A stretch of 63,033 bases of DNA from an uncultured Planctomycetales bacterium (GTDB lineage: Bacteria > Omnitrophota > Gorgyraeia > Zapsychrales > Fredricksoniimonadaceae): contig CAYTIW010000003.1 of the NCBI GenBank assembly GCA_964438075.1, forward strand, positions 16,734 to 79,766, written 5' to 3'. Below the pieces are notes generated by a model. The model did not search any database. It was not told the DNA's origin and saw only the letters and a list, made by a program, of their open reading frames with translations. Position numbers and translations under genes: made by a program. This document shows, in pieces, positions 34,386-43,463 of this stretch. The stretch's first letter is position 1, and every line of letters begins with the position of its first letter.

Positions 34386-35341
34386 TCCTCGAGATCGACA
34401 GGCCTTCCGGCCTGCCGGCTGAATACAGGTCTCTGGACCAGGACAGTGTCATGATCGGACGCGGTTTCGACAACGACGTGATCATAAACGACCCGTATGT
34501 CGAGGCCCGGCATGTATGTATCCGGAGAACGGAGAGCGGCTGGTCGTGCGAAGACCTGGGCGGGGCCAACGGGACATTCCTTACCGGCCAGGACGGTAAG
34601 GGCGAAAAGGTCCGTGTGAACGGCACGGCCACGCTTTGCTCGGGAGATGTCCTGGGCATAGGCAGGACCGCCATCCGTGTCTGGGAAGGTCAGCATCCCG
34701 TAGAGCCGGCGCGCATCCTTCCGGTGGCCAGGATCCCTTCCTTTTTCGCTTATCCGCACAAGACCGGGCTGAACCTGTTCTTTGCTCTGTTGGCATTCTA
34801 CGCTGTTTTCTATTTCGTGTTCTATCATCTGAACCCCCGGAAAGAGATCCCGCTCATGATGATACTGGCCGAGGAGACCCTCGCGCTGGTGTGCCTGGTG
34901 GCGTGGGCGGGGGTATGGGCCACGATCACCCGTTCTGCCAAACGCCAGCACCGCATGGGCCAGCACCTTTTATTCACCTGCCAGTGGGTCATCTTGAACT
35001 ATTTCGCAGGCGTTCTGCTGAAGAACATCATTTTCTTTTTCTGCGATGAAACGGTCGCGATGGTCCTGTCATGCATCACCTTCGGGCTCCTGGGGGGTTT
35101 TGTGCTCTATGTCCATATGGCCATCGCCACTAATATGTCCGCTGTCAAAAGGGCTGTCGTGTCCGGCTGCATAATGCTGTCCATGATCGTGCTGGGCGTG
35201 CTGCTTTTTTATGGATGGCACGACGTGTTCGAGCCGGACCCCCGGCACTTCGTCAACCTGGTCCCGATGCCGGAACTGGTTATACCGACGATACCCATTT
35301 CGGAAGAGATCAAACGCCTGGATATCTTGTTCCAGAAATGA
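34373..35341 (+). CDS. FHA-domain protein fused to a multi-pass membrane domain
   Basis: The N-terminal FHA domain reads VMIGRGFDNDVIINDPYVEARHVCIRRTESGWSCEDLGGANGTFL..G..L.SGDVLGIG. About 6 TM helices follow. The gene overlaps the protease gene by 13 nt. Confidence 0.7.
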   Translation: MGKIVLEIDRPSGLPAEYRSLDQDSVMIGRGFDNDVIINDPYVEARHVCIRRTESGWSCEDLGGANGTFLTGQDGKGEKVRVNGTATLCSGDVLGIGRTAIRVWEGQHPVEPARILPVARIPSFFAYPHKTGLNLFFALLAFYAVFYFVFYHLNPRKEIPLMMILAEETLALVCLVAWAGVWATITRSAKRQHRMGQHLLFTCQWVILNYFAGVLLKNIIFFFCDETVAMVLSCITFGLLGGFVLYVHMAIATNMSAVKRAVVSGCIMLSMIVLGVLLFYGWHDVFEPDPRHFVNLVPMPELVIPTIPISEEIKRLDILFQK

Positions 35342-35440
35342 TCCCCGGGAGCTTTTCCTGAATATAATGTGGTTCAGGGCCATGAATAGGCCGCCGATGA
35401 TGGTTTATTCGGTTCAACTCTAATCAGATGTGACGGGACT

Positions 35441-37645
35441 ATGTCTTTGATCGCCTGGCTGGCTTTTTTTTCTTTATGGATCGTTTTCATCAGGAGCGGG
35501 TTCGGCCTCCGGGTCGCCTTTCTGGCGGCGCATGTGGTCAATGCGCTGCTGATCGTAGCGGTGACCGAGATCCTGAGCGTGTTCCAGGCCTTGGCCGCAT
35601 GGCCGCTGGCGCTCTTCTGGTCGGTCATTGTCCTTATTAATTTGGCATGGTTGTATCGTCTCCGGAAGCGTCCGACGGTAAAGTTCGCCTATGTGCCTTT
35701 GGATGCGGTGGAGATAGTTATTCTGGCAGCGGTAGTGTTTATAGTTGCGGTGACCGGCCTTATTGCGGTAGTGGCGCCCCCCAGTAATTATGACTCCATG
35801 GTCTACCACCTTCCGCGGGTAGCACATTGGGCCTTCAACGGCACGGTGGCCAATTATCCCACCCATACGCTTAGACAGCTGGTGATCCAGCCGTATAGCG
35901 CCTACGCGATCTTGCAGACCTATATCTTGAGCGGGTCGGACTATTTTGCCAACCTGGTGCAGTGGACCAGCATGGTGGCCTCGTTAGCGGGGGTATCGGT
36001 CATAACGGGGATCCTGGGCGGATCCAGGAGGGCGCAATTATTAGCCGTTCTTTTTGCAGCCACCATCCCGATGGGCATCCTGCAGGCTTCCAGTACCCAG
36101 AACGATTATCTGGCCACTCTCTGGGCGGTCTGTGTGGCGGTCTTTGCTTTGCTTTTACTGAATACCGGGGAACGCCGATGGGCCCTGTTGTGCGCTTTGA
36201 GTTTCGGTCTGGCGACCTTGACCAAGGGTATCGCGGCTATCTTGGGAGCCCCTTTTTTGTTCTGGGCGCTGTGGCGGGTCAGATGGAATATCGGGGCGAG
36301 GCTGGCCATGGGTTTATCTGTGATCTTGATCGTCCTGCTTATTAACGCGGGTTTTCTAAACCGGCTGATGCAGCTGTCCCCCGATCCATTCCGGGCCATG
36401 GTAATGGACGGATCGGCGGTCGTGGAACGTCTGGATGCGCGCGGCATGGTGTCCAACGCGGTCCGCGGCATAGCGACCGAGTTGGTCGCGCCGTCGCTGG
36501 CATGGAACATTTATTTGTTCAGGGCGGTGGAGGAGGTGCACCGCTGGTTGGGGATCGGTATGAACGACCCCCTGTATTCTTTACCCGGGGATAAGTTCGT
36601 TCTTCTGTACTGGCCATGTGAGGATGGTTATGCGACCAGTCTGATACATTCATTGCTTTATCTTATCCTGTCCGTATGGGGATTGTATCTTTTGCTCTCC
36701 GGTTGGATCGCGAGGATCGGATCTTCCGGCGCATCTCCATCCGGCAAGAATGCCGGCAGCGCCGATCCTCATATGGGGGGATTTAACGGGCAGATGCTTC
36801 CCTTTCTGGCAGCCTTTTTTGTTTCGGTGATATTATTCTGCATTTTTATCAAATGGCAGATCTATATCCCCAGGTTCCATCTTCCGTTCTTCGTTATTTT
36901 TTCCGCCATCGCGGCGCTTTTGATCAGCCGATTTGTCGCCCGGAACTGGCCCCTGCTTTTGCTGGCGTTTCTCATGGGAGCATTCTCGGTCCTGCCGTTA
37001 CTGTATAACGCGGAACATCCGGTCTTTCCCTGTGGCGCGCTAAAAAGGAGCGCCCTGGCAAGCGAAGTCTCCAGGGGAGGGGAAATATTCGACTGGCTGA
37101 TGAAGAATGGTTATTTTGAGAACAGATCCGGGGAGTCGGGTTATCTGAAGAACATTTCGGATGATGAACTCGAGCGCTTGATGCAGGCTTATCCCGTCGA
37201 GTATCCGAAGATATGCTTGGCCTTCAGCGAAGTGGTCTCTTTCTCGCGGGGGCTCTTTTCCGCCCCCAGGGAGGAGATGATGTTAGGAAGGTTCGGCAAA
37301 CTGAGCCGGGATCAATTCAGCGCTAACGTCAAGATGGTCGGAGAGATCTTAAGGCGCCACCCGGGCTGTCGGGATGTAGGGTTCATTGCCGGCCTCAGGC
37401 GGTATGAATATCCTTTATGGGGCATGTTCAATTCGGCCGGGCTGTCAGTGCGCGTAGAGAACGTCCTGGTGGATAATGTCTCCAAGGATTTTCCGTACCC
37501 GCGCGGTGAGCCTGAGCCGTGTTTGATCCTGAAAGAGGACAATGAGGGGCCGCCGGAAATAGTTTATCGTGGACGGAAGTATTGGCGCGCCTTGCCGGGG
37601 CCCTGGCAGCAGGTTTATATCGATCCTGCCGTGATCTCTCCCTAG
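35441..37645 (+). CDS. GT-C-fold (family 39 / ArnT-PMT_2-like) polytopic glycosyltransferase with a C-terminal soluble domain
   Basis: 734 aa with more than 10 TM helices. The first extracytoplasmic loop carries an acidic motif (PPSNYDSMVYHLPRVAHW). The family assignment is by architecture only. Confidence 0.5.
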   Translation: MSLIAWLAFFSLWIVFIRSGFGLRVAFLAAHVVNALLIVAVTEILSVFQALAAWPLALFWSVIVLINLAWLYRLRKRPTVKFAYVPLDAVEIVILAAVVFIVAVTGLIAVVAPPSNYDSMVYHLPRVAHWAFNGTVANYPTHTLRQLVIQPYSAYAILQTYILSGSDYFANLVQWTSMVASLAGVSVITGILGGSRRAQLLAVLFAATIPMGILQASSTQNDYLATLWAVCVAVFALLLLNTGERRWALLCALSFGLATLTKGIAAILGAPFLFWALWRVRWNIGARLAMGLSVILIVLLINAGFLNRLMQLSPDPFRAMVMDGSAVVERLDARGMVSNAVRGIATELVAPSLAWNIYLFRAVEEVHRWLGIGMNDPLYSLPGDKFVLLYWPCEDGYATSLIHSLLYLILSVWGLYLLLSGWIARIGSSGASPSGKNAGSADPHMGGFNGQMLPFLAAFFVSVILFCIFIKWQIYIPRFHLPFFVIFSAIAALLISRFVARNWPLLLLAFLMGAFSVLPLLYNAEHPVFPCGALKRSALASEVSRGGEIFDWLMKNGYFENRSGESGYLKNISDDELERLMQAYPVEYPKICLAFSEVVSFSRGLFSAPREEMMLGRFGKLSRDQFSANVKMVGEILRRHPGCRDVGFIAGLRRYEYPLWGMFNSAGLSVRVENVLVDNVSKDFPYPRGEPEPCLILKEDNEGPPEIVYRGRKYWRALPGPWQQVYIDPAVISP

Positions 37646-37692
37646 CCGGACGATCGATGGACAGGGGCCTAAATAGAAAAATATAATCGTTA

Positions 37693-39348
37693 ATGTCAAA
37701 GTCTAACCTGATAAAGCTGTTAATAATATTCTTGGCCGCGCTGTCTATTAGGCTCTGGTTCCTGGCCAGGGTCCAGAGCGACCCGGCCTTCCATATCCCG
37801 GTCTTTGACCCCAAGGAATTCAATTTCTGGGCCTTCCAGCTGATGCAAAACGGCTGGCAGTGGCATTCACTGCAGAACCATACGCCTTTGTACGCCTATT
37901 TTTTGGCCGTGGTCTACAAGTTATTCGGGTTCCATACCAACGCCGTCGCGGTAGTTCAGCTTCTCGGTGGTTCGCTCGGCGCCTGCCTGATGTATCAGTA
38001 TGTGCTGCGGGTGGCGAATGGATTTGCTGCGGGGGTCTGCGCCGGCTTGATGGCGGGCTACTGGTGGTTGATCTACACCCAGCTTTACTTGTTCAGCGAG
38101 AGCCTGGCGATGTTCCTTAACATTGTTCTTTTATTGCATCTTTCATTTGCGCGCGAATCAGCTTGGAAGTATCTGCTGGCCGGGATCCTGCTGGGGCTTT
38201 CCGTGCTGTGCCGTCCGGAGATAATGTTCTTCGGGCTGCTGGTCTTGTGGTGGATGCATGGCCGCGTAGCGGGGCTCAGGCGTTACCTGGTTCTCAGCGG
38301 GATATTCATGGCGGGGCTGATCCTGATCGTGACGCCCGTCCTGCTCCGCAACCACCAGATTAGCGGAAGCTGGCTCTTGCGTTCGCAGATCGGCGCTAAC
38401 TTCTATATCGGCAACCGGCCGGAACTGCTGGGAACGAACGTCTTCCTGGAGCAGGGGCGCATCTGGCAGAAGTTCATGGCCCTGCCTTATGCCGCTGAGC
38501 CGGCGGGACGGGTGTTGAGCGAGGCGGAGATCAACCGGTATTTCCTCCGCGAGACTGTTGATTACATGAGCGAACACCCTTTCCGGTGGCTCATGTTCAT
38601 GGGCCAGAAAGTGTTCACGGTCCTGTCGGGGCGGGAGTATATCCGTTCTGAAGACGTGTATTTCCGCGACCTTTTCGTGCGCGGTACCCCTTTCGTGCTG
38701 ATATCCACTCAGGCGGTCTTTGTCCTGGCCCTGGTCGGTTTGATACTGTCCTGGAGGAACAGGAAGGATTGGCAGCTGGCGGGTTTATTCCTTTTGTCAA
38801 TGGTACCGGCTTTCTTTTTCTCCGCCAAGACCCGCTACCTGGTGCCGGCCATGCCTTTTGTCATGGTCTTTGCCTCGATGGGAGCCTGGCACCTGTATCA
38901 GGCGTTCCGGGAAAAAGACCGTGCGGCCAGGATGAACGTGCTCGCGCTGGTGTTCACCGCGGGGCTGGTGTCTTTCTTCAATCCCTTGGACCTAAGGGAG
39001 CCCGGTCCATCGGAGACCCATTATGCTATCGGCAGCAACCTGCAGTACCAGGGGAACTATCCGCTGGCCGAGAAATATCTGCGATCGGCTTTGCTGGGGA
39101 ACCCGTCAAATTGTTCGGCTTGGGCGGATTTGGGCATTTTGTATATTGCCACCGGCAAGTATGAACAGGCCCAGCATTGTTTCGGCCGGGCGCGGGACAT
39201 TGACCCTGGGTACCAGCGCTATTTTGAACTGGCCCGGGATATGGTCCGCAGCGAAGGGTCACCGGCAGGAATGGACTGCTCTTTACGGCTGCAGGGCCAG
39301 GGGGATCCGGTAGTAAGAAGCTACCTGGAGCATTTTCATTATCCATGA
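37693..39348 (+). CDS. Family 39-like (ArnT/PMT_2) GT-C glycosyltransferase with C-terminal TPR repeats
   Basis: The N-terminus is ..LSIRLWFLARVQSDPAFHIPVFDPKEFNFWA.., about 10 TM helices follow, and the C-terminus is TPR-like (AIGSNLQYQGNYPLAEKYLRSALLGNPSNCSAWADLGILYIATGKYEQAQHCFGRARDIDP). Confidence 0.65.
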   Translation: MSKSNLIKLLIIFLAALSIRLWFLARVQSDPAFHIPVFDPKEFNFWAFQLMQNGWQWHSLQNHTPLYAYFLAVVYKLFGFHTNAVAVVQLLGGSLGACLMYQYVLRVANGFAAGVCAGLMAGYWWLIYTQLYLFSESLAMFLNIVLLLHLSFARESAWKYLLAGILLGLSVLCRPEIMFFGLLVLWWMHGRVAGLRRYLVLSGIFMAGLILIVTPVLLRNHQISGSWLLRSQIGANFYIGNRPELLGTNVFLEQGRIWQKFMALPYAAEPAGRVLSEAEINRYFLRETVDYMSEHPFRWLMFMGQKVFTVLSGREYIRSEDVYFRDLFVRGTPFVLISTQAVFVLALVGLILSWRNRKDWQLAGLFLLSMVPAFFFSAKTRYLVPAMPFVMVFASMGAWHLYQAFREKDRAARMNVLALVFTAGLVSFFNPLDLREPGPSETHYAIGSNLQYQGNYPLAEKYLRSALLGNPSNCSAWADLGILYIATGKYEQAQHCFGRARDIDPGYQRYFELARDMVRSEGSPAGMDCSLRLQGQGDPVVRSYLEHFHYP

Positions 39349-39418
39349 TAAACCCAGGTCGGGCCTTATGGCAGTGTATACTGGTCCATGGAGGTTGTGG
39401 TTTTTTCTCCCCCCTGCG

Positions 39419-39447
39419 TTGACAAAAGCGGGGTGCTAACGTATAGT
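39419..39447 (+). promoter_or_regulatory. Near-consensus sigma70 promoter in front of the type IV pilus cluster
   Basis: TTGACA (39419-39424), a 17-nt spacer, then TATAGT (39442-39447). It lies 32 nt upstream of ATG 39479. Confidence 0.65.
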
Positions 39448-39478
39448 AAAATCAATTTTTAACTTCTAGAGAATAAAT

Positions 39479-39928
39479 ATGCGATTTGAACGTGCGTCGA
39501 ACAAACATCTGGGCGAGCTCCTCATTGAAAGAGGCGTGCTGAACCGCGACCAACTGGCCGAGGCCCTGGAATATCAGAAACAGAATCCCGGCGTCCTGCT
39601 GGGCGAGGCCTTGGTGCAGTTGCAGTATTCCACCGAGGAAGATATAGCCCAGGCCCTGACCTGCCAGTACGGTTTCCCGTTCCTCCCTTTGTCCAACTAC
39701 GAGGTCGATAAGGAAGTCCTGAGCTCGGTCCCTTCCAATATCTGCGAGCAGTTCTGCCTGATCCCTATCGACAAGATCGGCAAGAGCCTGACCCTGGCCA
39801 TGGCCAACCCCCTTAATGTGAAGGCCGTAGAAGATGTCGAGCTTCTGACCGGCTGCACTGTACAGGCTTTCGTCAGCACTTCCCGGGAGATAAAGGAAGC
39901 GATCAAACGCTACTATGGATCTGTCTAA
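39479..39928 (+). CDS. Stand-alone T2SSE_N / MshEN-like domain protein (149 aa)
   Basis: HLGELLIERGVLNRDQLAEALEYQ, then LLGEALVQLQYSTEEDIAQALTCQ, then ..IPIDKIGKSLTLAMANPLNVKAVEDVELLTGCTVQAFVSTSREIKEAIKRYYG. This is the layout of the N-terminal domain of GspE/PilB/MshE ATPases, with no ATPase domain attached. The stop codon overlaps the pilB1 ATG (TAATG). Confidence 0.75.
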   Translation: MRFERASNKHLGELLIERGVLNRDQLAEALEYQKQNPGVLLGEALVQLQYSTEEDIAQALTCQYGFPFLPLSNYEVDKEVLSSVPSNICEQFCLIPIDKIGKSLTLAMANPLNVKAVEDVELLTGCTVQAFVSTSREIKEAIKRYYGSV

Positions 39929-41655
39929 TGTCGATGATAAAGGAACGCATAAAAGCTATCCTTATTCGCGATCAGATCTTGAAGCCGGAAGACCTCGAGC
40001 GTGCGCTGGAAGAACAGAAGCGTACCGGCGGTGAGCTCTCCAAGATATTGGTGCGCCTCGGCCTGCTGGACGAAGAGCAGCTGACCTCTCTTTTGAGCGA
40101 AGGGCTGCAACTGCCCGTCATCAATGTCTCCCGCATGAAGCTGGACCCGGCGGTGGTCAACATGATCCCGGCGGAAGTCCTCAAGAAATACCAGATCCTC
40201 CCGGTATCCCGCCTGGGAGACAACCTGACCATTGTAATGGCCGACCCGCTGAATATTTTCGTCATCGACAATGTCAAGGCGCTTACCGGGCTGACCATAA
40301 TCCCGGTGGTCGGACGGGCCAAGGAGATACTCGACGCGATCGACCTGTATTCCGCCCCTAAGGCCGAAGATTCTTTCGAGAAGATCATGAAGGACATGAA
40401 AGAGTCGGAGGAGGTCGAATTGGTGAGCGAAGGGGGGGACAAGCTGGACGCCAAGGAGATCGAGCACCTGACCCAGGAGGCGCCGATCATCCGGCTGACC
40501 AACACCATCATACGGCAGGCGGTGATAGCGAAAGCGAGCGACGTTTTCATTGAGCCGATGGAGAATACTTTACGCATACGTTACCGTGTCGACGGAGTGT
40601 TGCGTGAGATAGACCGCATGTCCAAGGCGCTGCATTTTCCGATCGTTTCCCGCATCAAGGTCATTTCGAACCTTGATATTTCTGAACACCGGCTGCCCCA
40701 GGACGGGCGTTTCCAGTCGGTGTTTGAAGGGACGAAGGAAGTCGACTTCCGTGTCAATGTCCTGCCGACCGCCTATGGGGAGAAGATAGTCTTCCGCGTC
40801 CTGGACAAGAACCTGGACCGCGTCGATGTCGAGAAGCTTGGGTTTGAACCGGGGCCGCTGGAACGGCTCAAGGAGTGCTGCCTGCGGCCGCACGGGATGG
40901 TGCTGGTCTGCGGTCCGACGGGGAGCGGCAAGACGACCACGCTTTATTCGGTACTCAAGTTCATCGATTCCCCGGGCAAGAACATCGTCACCGTCGAGGA
41001 CCCGGTCGAGTACCAGATGAAGGGGATAAACCAGGTGAACATCCGTTTTGAGGTCGGGCTGACCTTCACCGCCACCTTGCGGTCGATCCTGCGACAGGAC
41101 CCCGATGTGATCATGATCGGAGAGATCCGCGATTCCGAAACGCTGGACATAGCGGTAAAGGCGGCCTTGACGGGGCACCTCGTCCTCAGTTCGCTGCATA
41201 CCACCACTGCGGCCGGCTCGATCGTGCGCATGATGAACATGGGTATAGAGCCTTTCCTGATCTGCTCCTCGGTGAACTGTTTCGTGGCCCAGCGTTTGCT
41301 GCGGCGCATCTGCCCGCATTGCAAAGAGGAGGTCCGGATACCGGATGTCCTTTATACGAAGCTGGCGATACAGAAGGTGTTGCCGGACAAGGATAATGTT
41401 TTCTGGAAAGGCAAAGGTTGCCCCCGCTGTCTGAGTTCCGGTTATATCGGAAGGGTGGGGATCACCGAGGTGCTGGGCCTGACCCCGCCGGTCAAGCGCC
41501 TGATATTGTCCCAGGCCGGCGAACTGCAGATAAAGGCGCTGGCCCGTAAAGAGGGCATGAAGACCATGCGCGAGGATGCCTTGATCAAGGCGGCCCAGGG
41601 AATGACCACCCTGGAAGAGGTCGTCAGGGTGACCGCGCAGGATGAGTCGGTGTGA
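39928..41655 (+). CDS. pilB: Type IV pilus assembly ATPase, PilB/GspE family (copy 1)
   Basis: An N-terminal T2SSE_N domain, Walker A GPTGSGKTTTLYS, Asp box, Walker B DPDVIMIGEIRD, His box TGHLVLSSLHT, and the tetra-Cys motif CPHCKEE...CPRCLSSGY. Confidence 0.9.
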   Translation: MSMIKERIKAILIRDQILKPEDLERALEEQKRTGGELSKILVRLGLLDEEQLTSLLSEGLQLPVINVSRMKLDPAVVNMIPAEVLKKYQILPVSRLGDNLTIVMADPLNIFVIDNVKALTGLTIIPVVGRAKEILDAIDLYSAPKAEDSFEKIMKDMKESEEVELVSEGGDKLDAKEIEHLTQEAPIIRLTNTIIRQAVIAKASDVFIEPMENTLRIRYRVDGVLREIDRMSKALHFPIVSRIKVISNLDISEHRLPQDGRFQSVFEGTKEVDFRVNVLPTAYGEKIVFRVLDKNLDRVDVEKLGFEPGPLERLKECCLRPHGMVLVCGPTGSGKTTTLYSVLKFIDSPGKNIVTVEDPVEYQMKGINQVNIRFEVGLTFTATLRSILRQDPDVIMIGEIRDSETLDIAVKAALTGHLVLSSLHTTTAAGSIVRMMNMGIEPFLICSSVNCFVAQRLLRRICPHCKEEVRIPDVLYTKLAIQKVLPDKDNVFWKGKGCPRCLSSGYIGRVGITEVLGLTPPVKRLILSQAGELQIKALARKEGMKTMREDALIKAAQGMTTLEEVVRVTAQDESV

Positions 41656-41699
41656 GCGGCGCTTTTCGCAGCAGTGGCCCTTAACCAGGCAATTAAGAC

Positions 41700-43397
41700 A
41701 TGCAAACCGTTCGTGAAAAGATAATATCCGCCCTTCTACAGTTCCCGGGGATCGACCAGGACAAGATCGATATGGCCATCGACCTTCAGCGGGCCCGGGG
41801 CATTTCCCTGGGAGAGGCGCTTGTCCAGCGCGGCCTGATCCACGAGAAGGACCTTCTGCTCCTTTTGGTCCGCGAGCTGCACATACCGTCAATAGACCTG
41901 TCCAAATTCAAGCTGGACCCCCGCTTGAAGGAAGTTGTGCCGGAGCGCTTGGCCCGCCAGTACAAGCTGATACCCATCGCTCTTTTAGGAGACAGCATGA
42001 CCGTGGCCTTGGCGGACCCGTTCAACATTTTTGCCGTCGATGACCTGCGGGATCTGACCGGAAAAAGGATCGATGTGGTCATGGGCACCGCCACCCAGAT
42101 CAGCGAGACCATTGAAAGGTATTACGGCGGAACCGACCGCACCTCTGTTTCCGACATCAGCAAGGACATCGACGTCGGCGACTTCGAGATAGTGGCGGAC
42201 CAGAAGGAAGAGGCCCCGGACAGCGATGCCGGTGGCGAGGCGCCGATAATCCGTATGGTCAACCTGGTCATAAAAGAGGCCCTGCGCCAGCGGGCTTCAG
42301 ATATCCATATGGAATCAACGGAGGGAAACATGCGGGTGCGTTACCGCGTGGACGGCGTGCTGTTGGACGTGCTGGAGATCCCCCGGGAGAGTATGAGCGC
42401 GGTGGTGGTGCGCATAAAGATCATGGCCCGGCTGGACATCACGACCACCCAGGTGCCCCAGGACGGCCGTTTCAAGATGCGCCTGTCCAATAAAGAGGTC
42501 GATTTCCGCGTTTCGGTCCTTCCAACGTGCTATGGCCCCAAGGTGGTCATGCGCGTGCTGGATAAGGCCAAGCTGTCGATAGGCCTGTCCCAGCTGGGCT
42601 TCTCGGACCACTCGGTCAAGCTCATCGAAGAGGCGATCGTCAAGCCGTTCGGTATGATCCTGGTGACCGGGCCGACTGGCAGCGGCAAATCCACGACGCT
42701 GTATTCCATCATCAGCCAGCTCAGCACGGTTGACAAGAACGTGATAACGATCGAGGACCCGGTGGAATACCTGATCGAAGGTTTGACCCAGATCGAGGTG
42801 CGGCCGGATATAGGACTGACGTTCGCGGCCGGCTTACGCGCGGTGTTGCGGCAGAGCCCCGATATCGTTATGGTCGGAGAGATCCGGGATAACGAGACCG
42901 CTGATATCGCGATCAAAGCCTCGCTCACGGGGCAGCTGGTGTTTTCGACGTTACATACCAACGATGCGGCCGGAGCGCTTACCCGCCTGGTGGATATGAA
43001 AGTGGAGCCTTTTCTGGTGGCCTCCAGCCTTATCATGGTTTGCGCTCAGCGCTTGGCCCGTAAGATATGTCCTTATTGCAAGGAGGTCATTGATGTCCCT
43101 CCGGAGGCTTTAAGAAAACTGGGCGTCAATTTTAATTCCAAAACGGTATGCTATGAAGGCCGGGGATGTGACCGCTGCCGTCAGACCGGATACCTGGGGC
43201 GTTTCGGTATCACCGAGATATTGATCATGGATGACTCCATAAGGGAGATGATATTGCGCGGAGATTCATCTGATGATATACGCGAACATGCCCGCCGTAC
43301 GCAGGGAATGAAGTTGTTGTGGGATGAGGCCCTGGAAAGTTTGGCGGTGGGGCAGACCACGGTGGCCGAGGTCTTGCGGGTGGCGGCCGCAGAATAA
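41700..43397 (+). CDS. pilB: Type IV pilus assembly ATPase, PilB/GspE family (copy 2)
   Basis: The architecture matches copy 1: GPTGSGKSTTLYS, SPDIVMVGEIRD, TGQLVFSTLHT, CPYCKE...CDRCRQTGY. Confidence 0.9.
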   Translation: MQTVREKIISALLQFPGIDQDKIDMAIDLQRARGISLGEALVQRGLIHEKDLLLLLVRELHIPSIDLSKFKLDPRLKEVVPERLARQYKLIPIALLGDSMTVALADPFNIFAVDDLRDLTGKRIDVVMGTATQISETIERYYGGTDRTSVSDISKDIDVGDFEIVADQKEEAPDSDAGGEAPIIRMVNLVIKEALRQRASDIHMESTEGNMRVRYRVDGVLLDVLEIPRESMSAVVVRIKIMARLDITTTQVPQDGRFKMRLSNKEVDFRVSVLPTCYGPKVVMRVLDKAKLSIGLSQLGFSDHSVKLIEEAIVKPFGMILVTGPTGSGKSTTLYSIISQLSTVDKNVITIEDPVEYLIEGLTQIEVRPDIGLTFAAGLRAVLRQSPDIVMVGEIRDNETADIAIKASLTGQLVFSTLHTNDAAGALTRLVDMKVEPFLVASSLIMVCAQRLARKICPYCKEVIDVPPEALRKLGVNFNSKTVCYEGRGCDRCRQTGYLGRFGITEILIMDDSIREMILRGDSSDDIREHARRTQGMKLLWDEALESLAVGQTTVAEVLRVAAAE

Positions 43398-43463
43398 CGG
43401 TTTTTTGCTACCAAGGCGGAGGCCCCGAATTATAATAGGGACGAAGACTGGCAGGAGACAGGC

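Noticed and set aside
40570-41892. 440-aa minus-strand ORF across pilB1 and the pilB2 start
   Set aside because: It is antisense to two genes with unmistakable PilB motifs and has Arg/Gly/Pro/His-rich composition, so I treat it as a shadow ORF. The same reasoning applies to 39925..40467, 39972..40577, 42530..43036 and the other minus-strand ORFs in this region.
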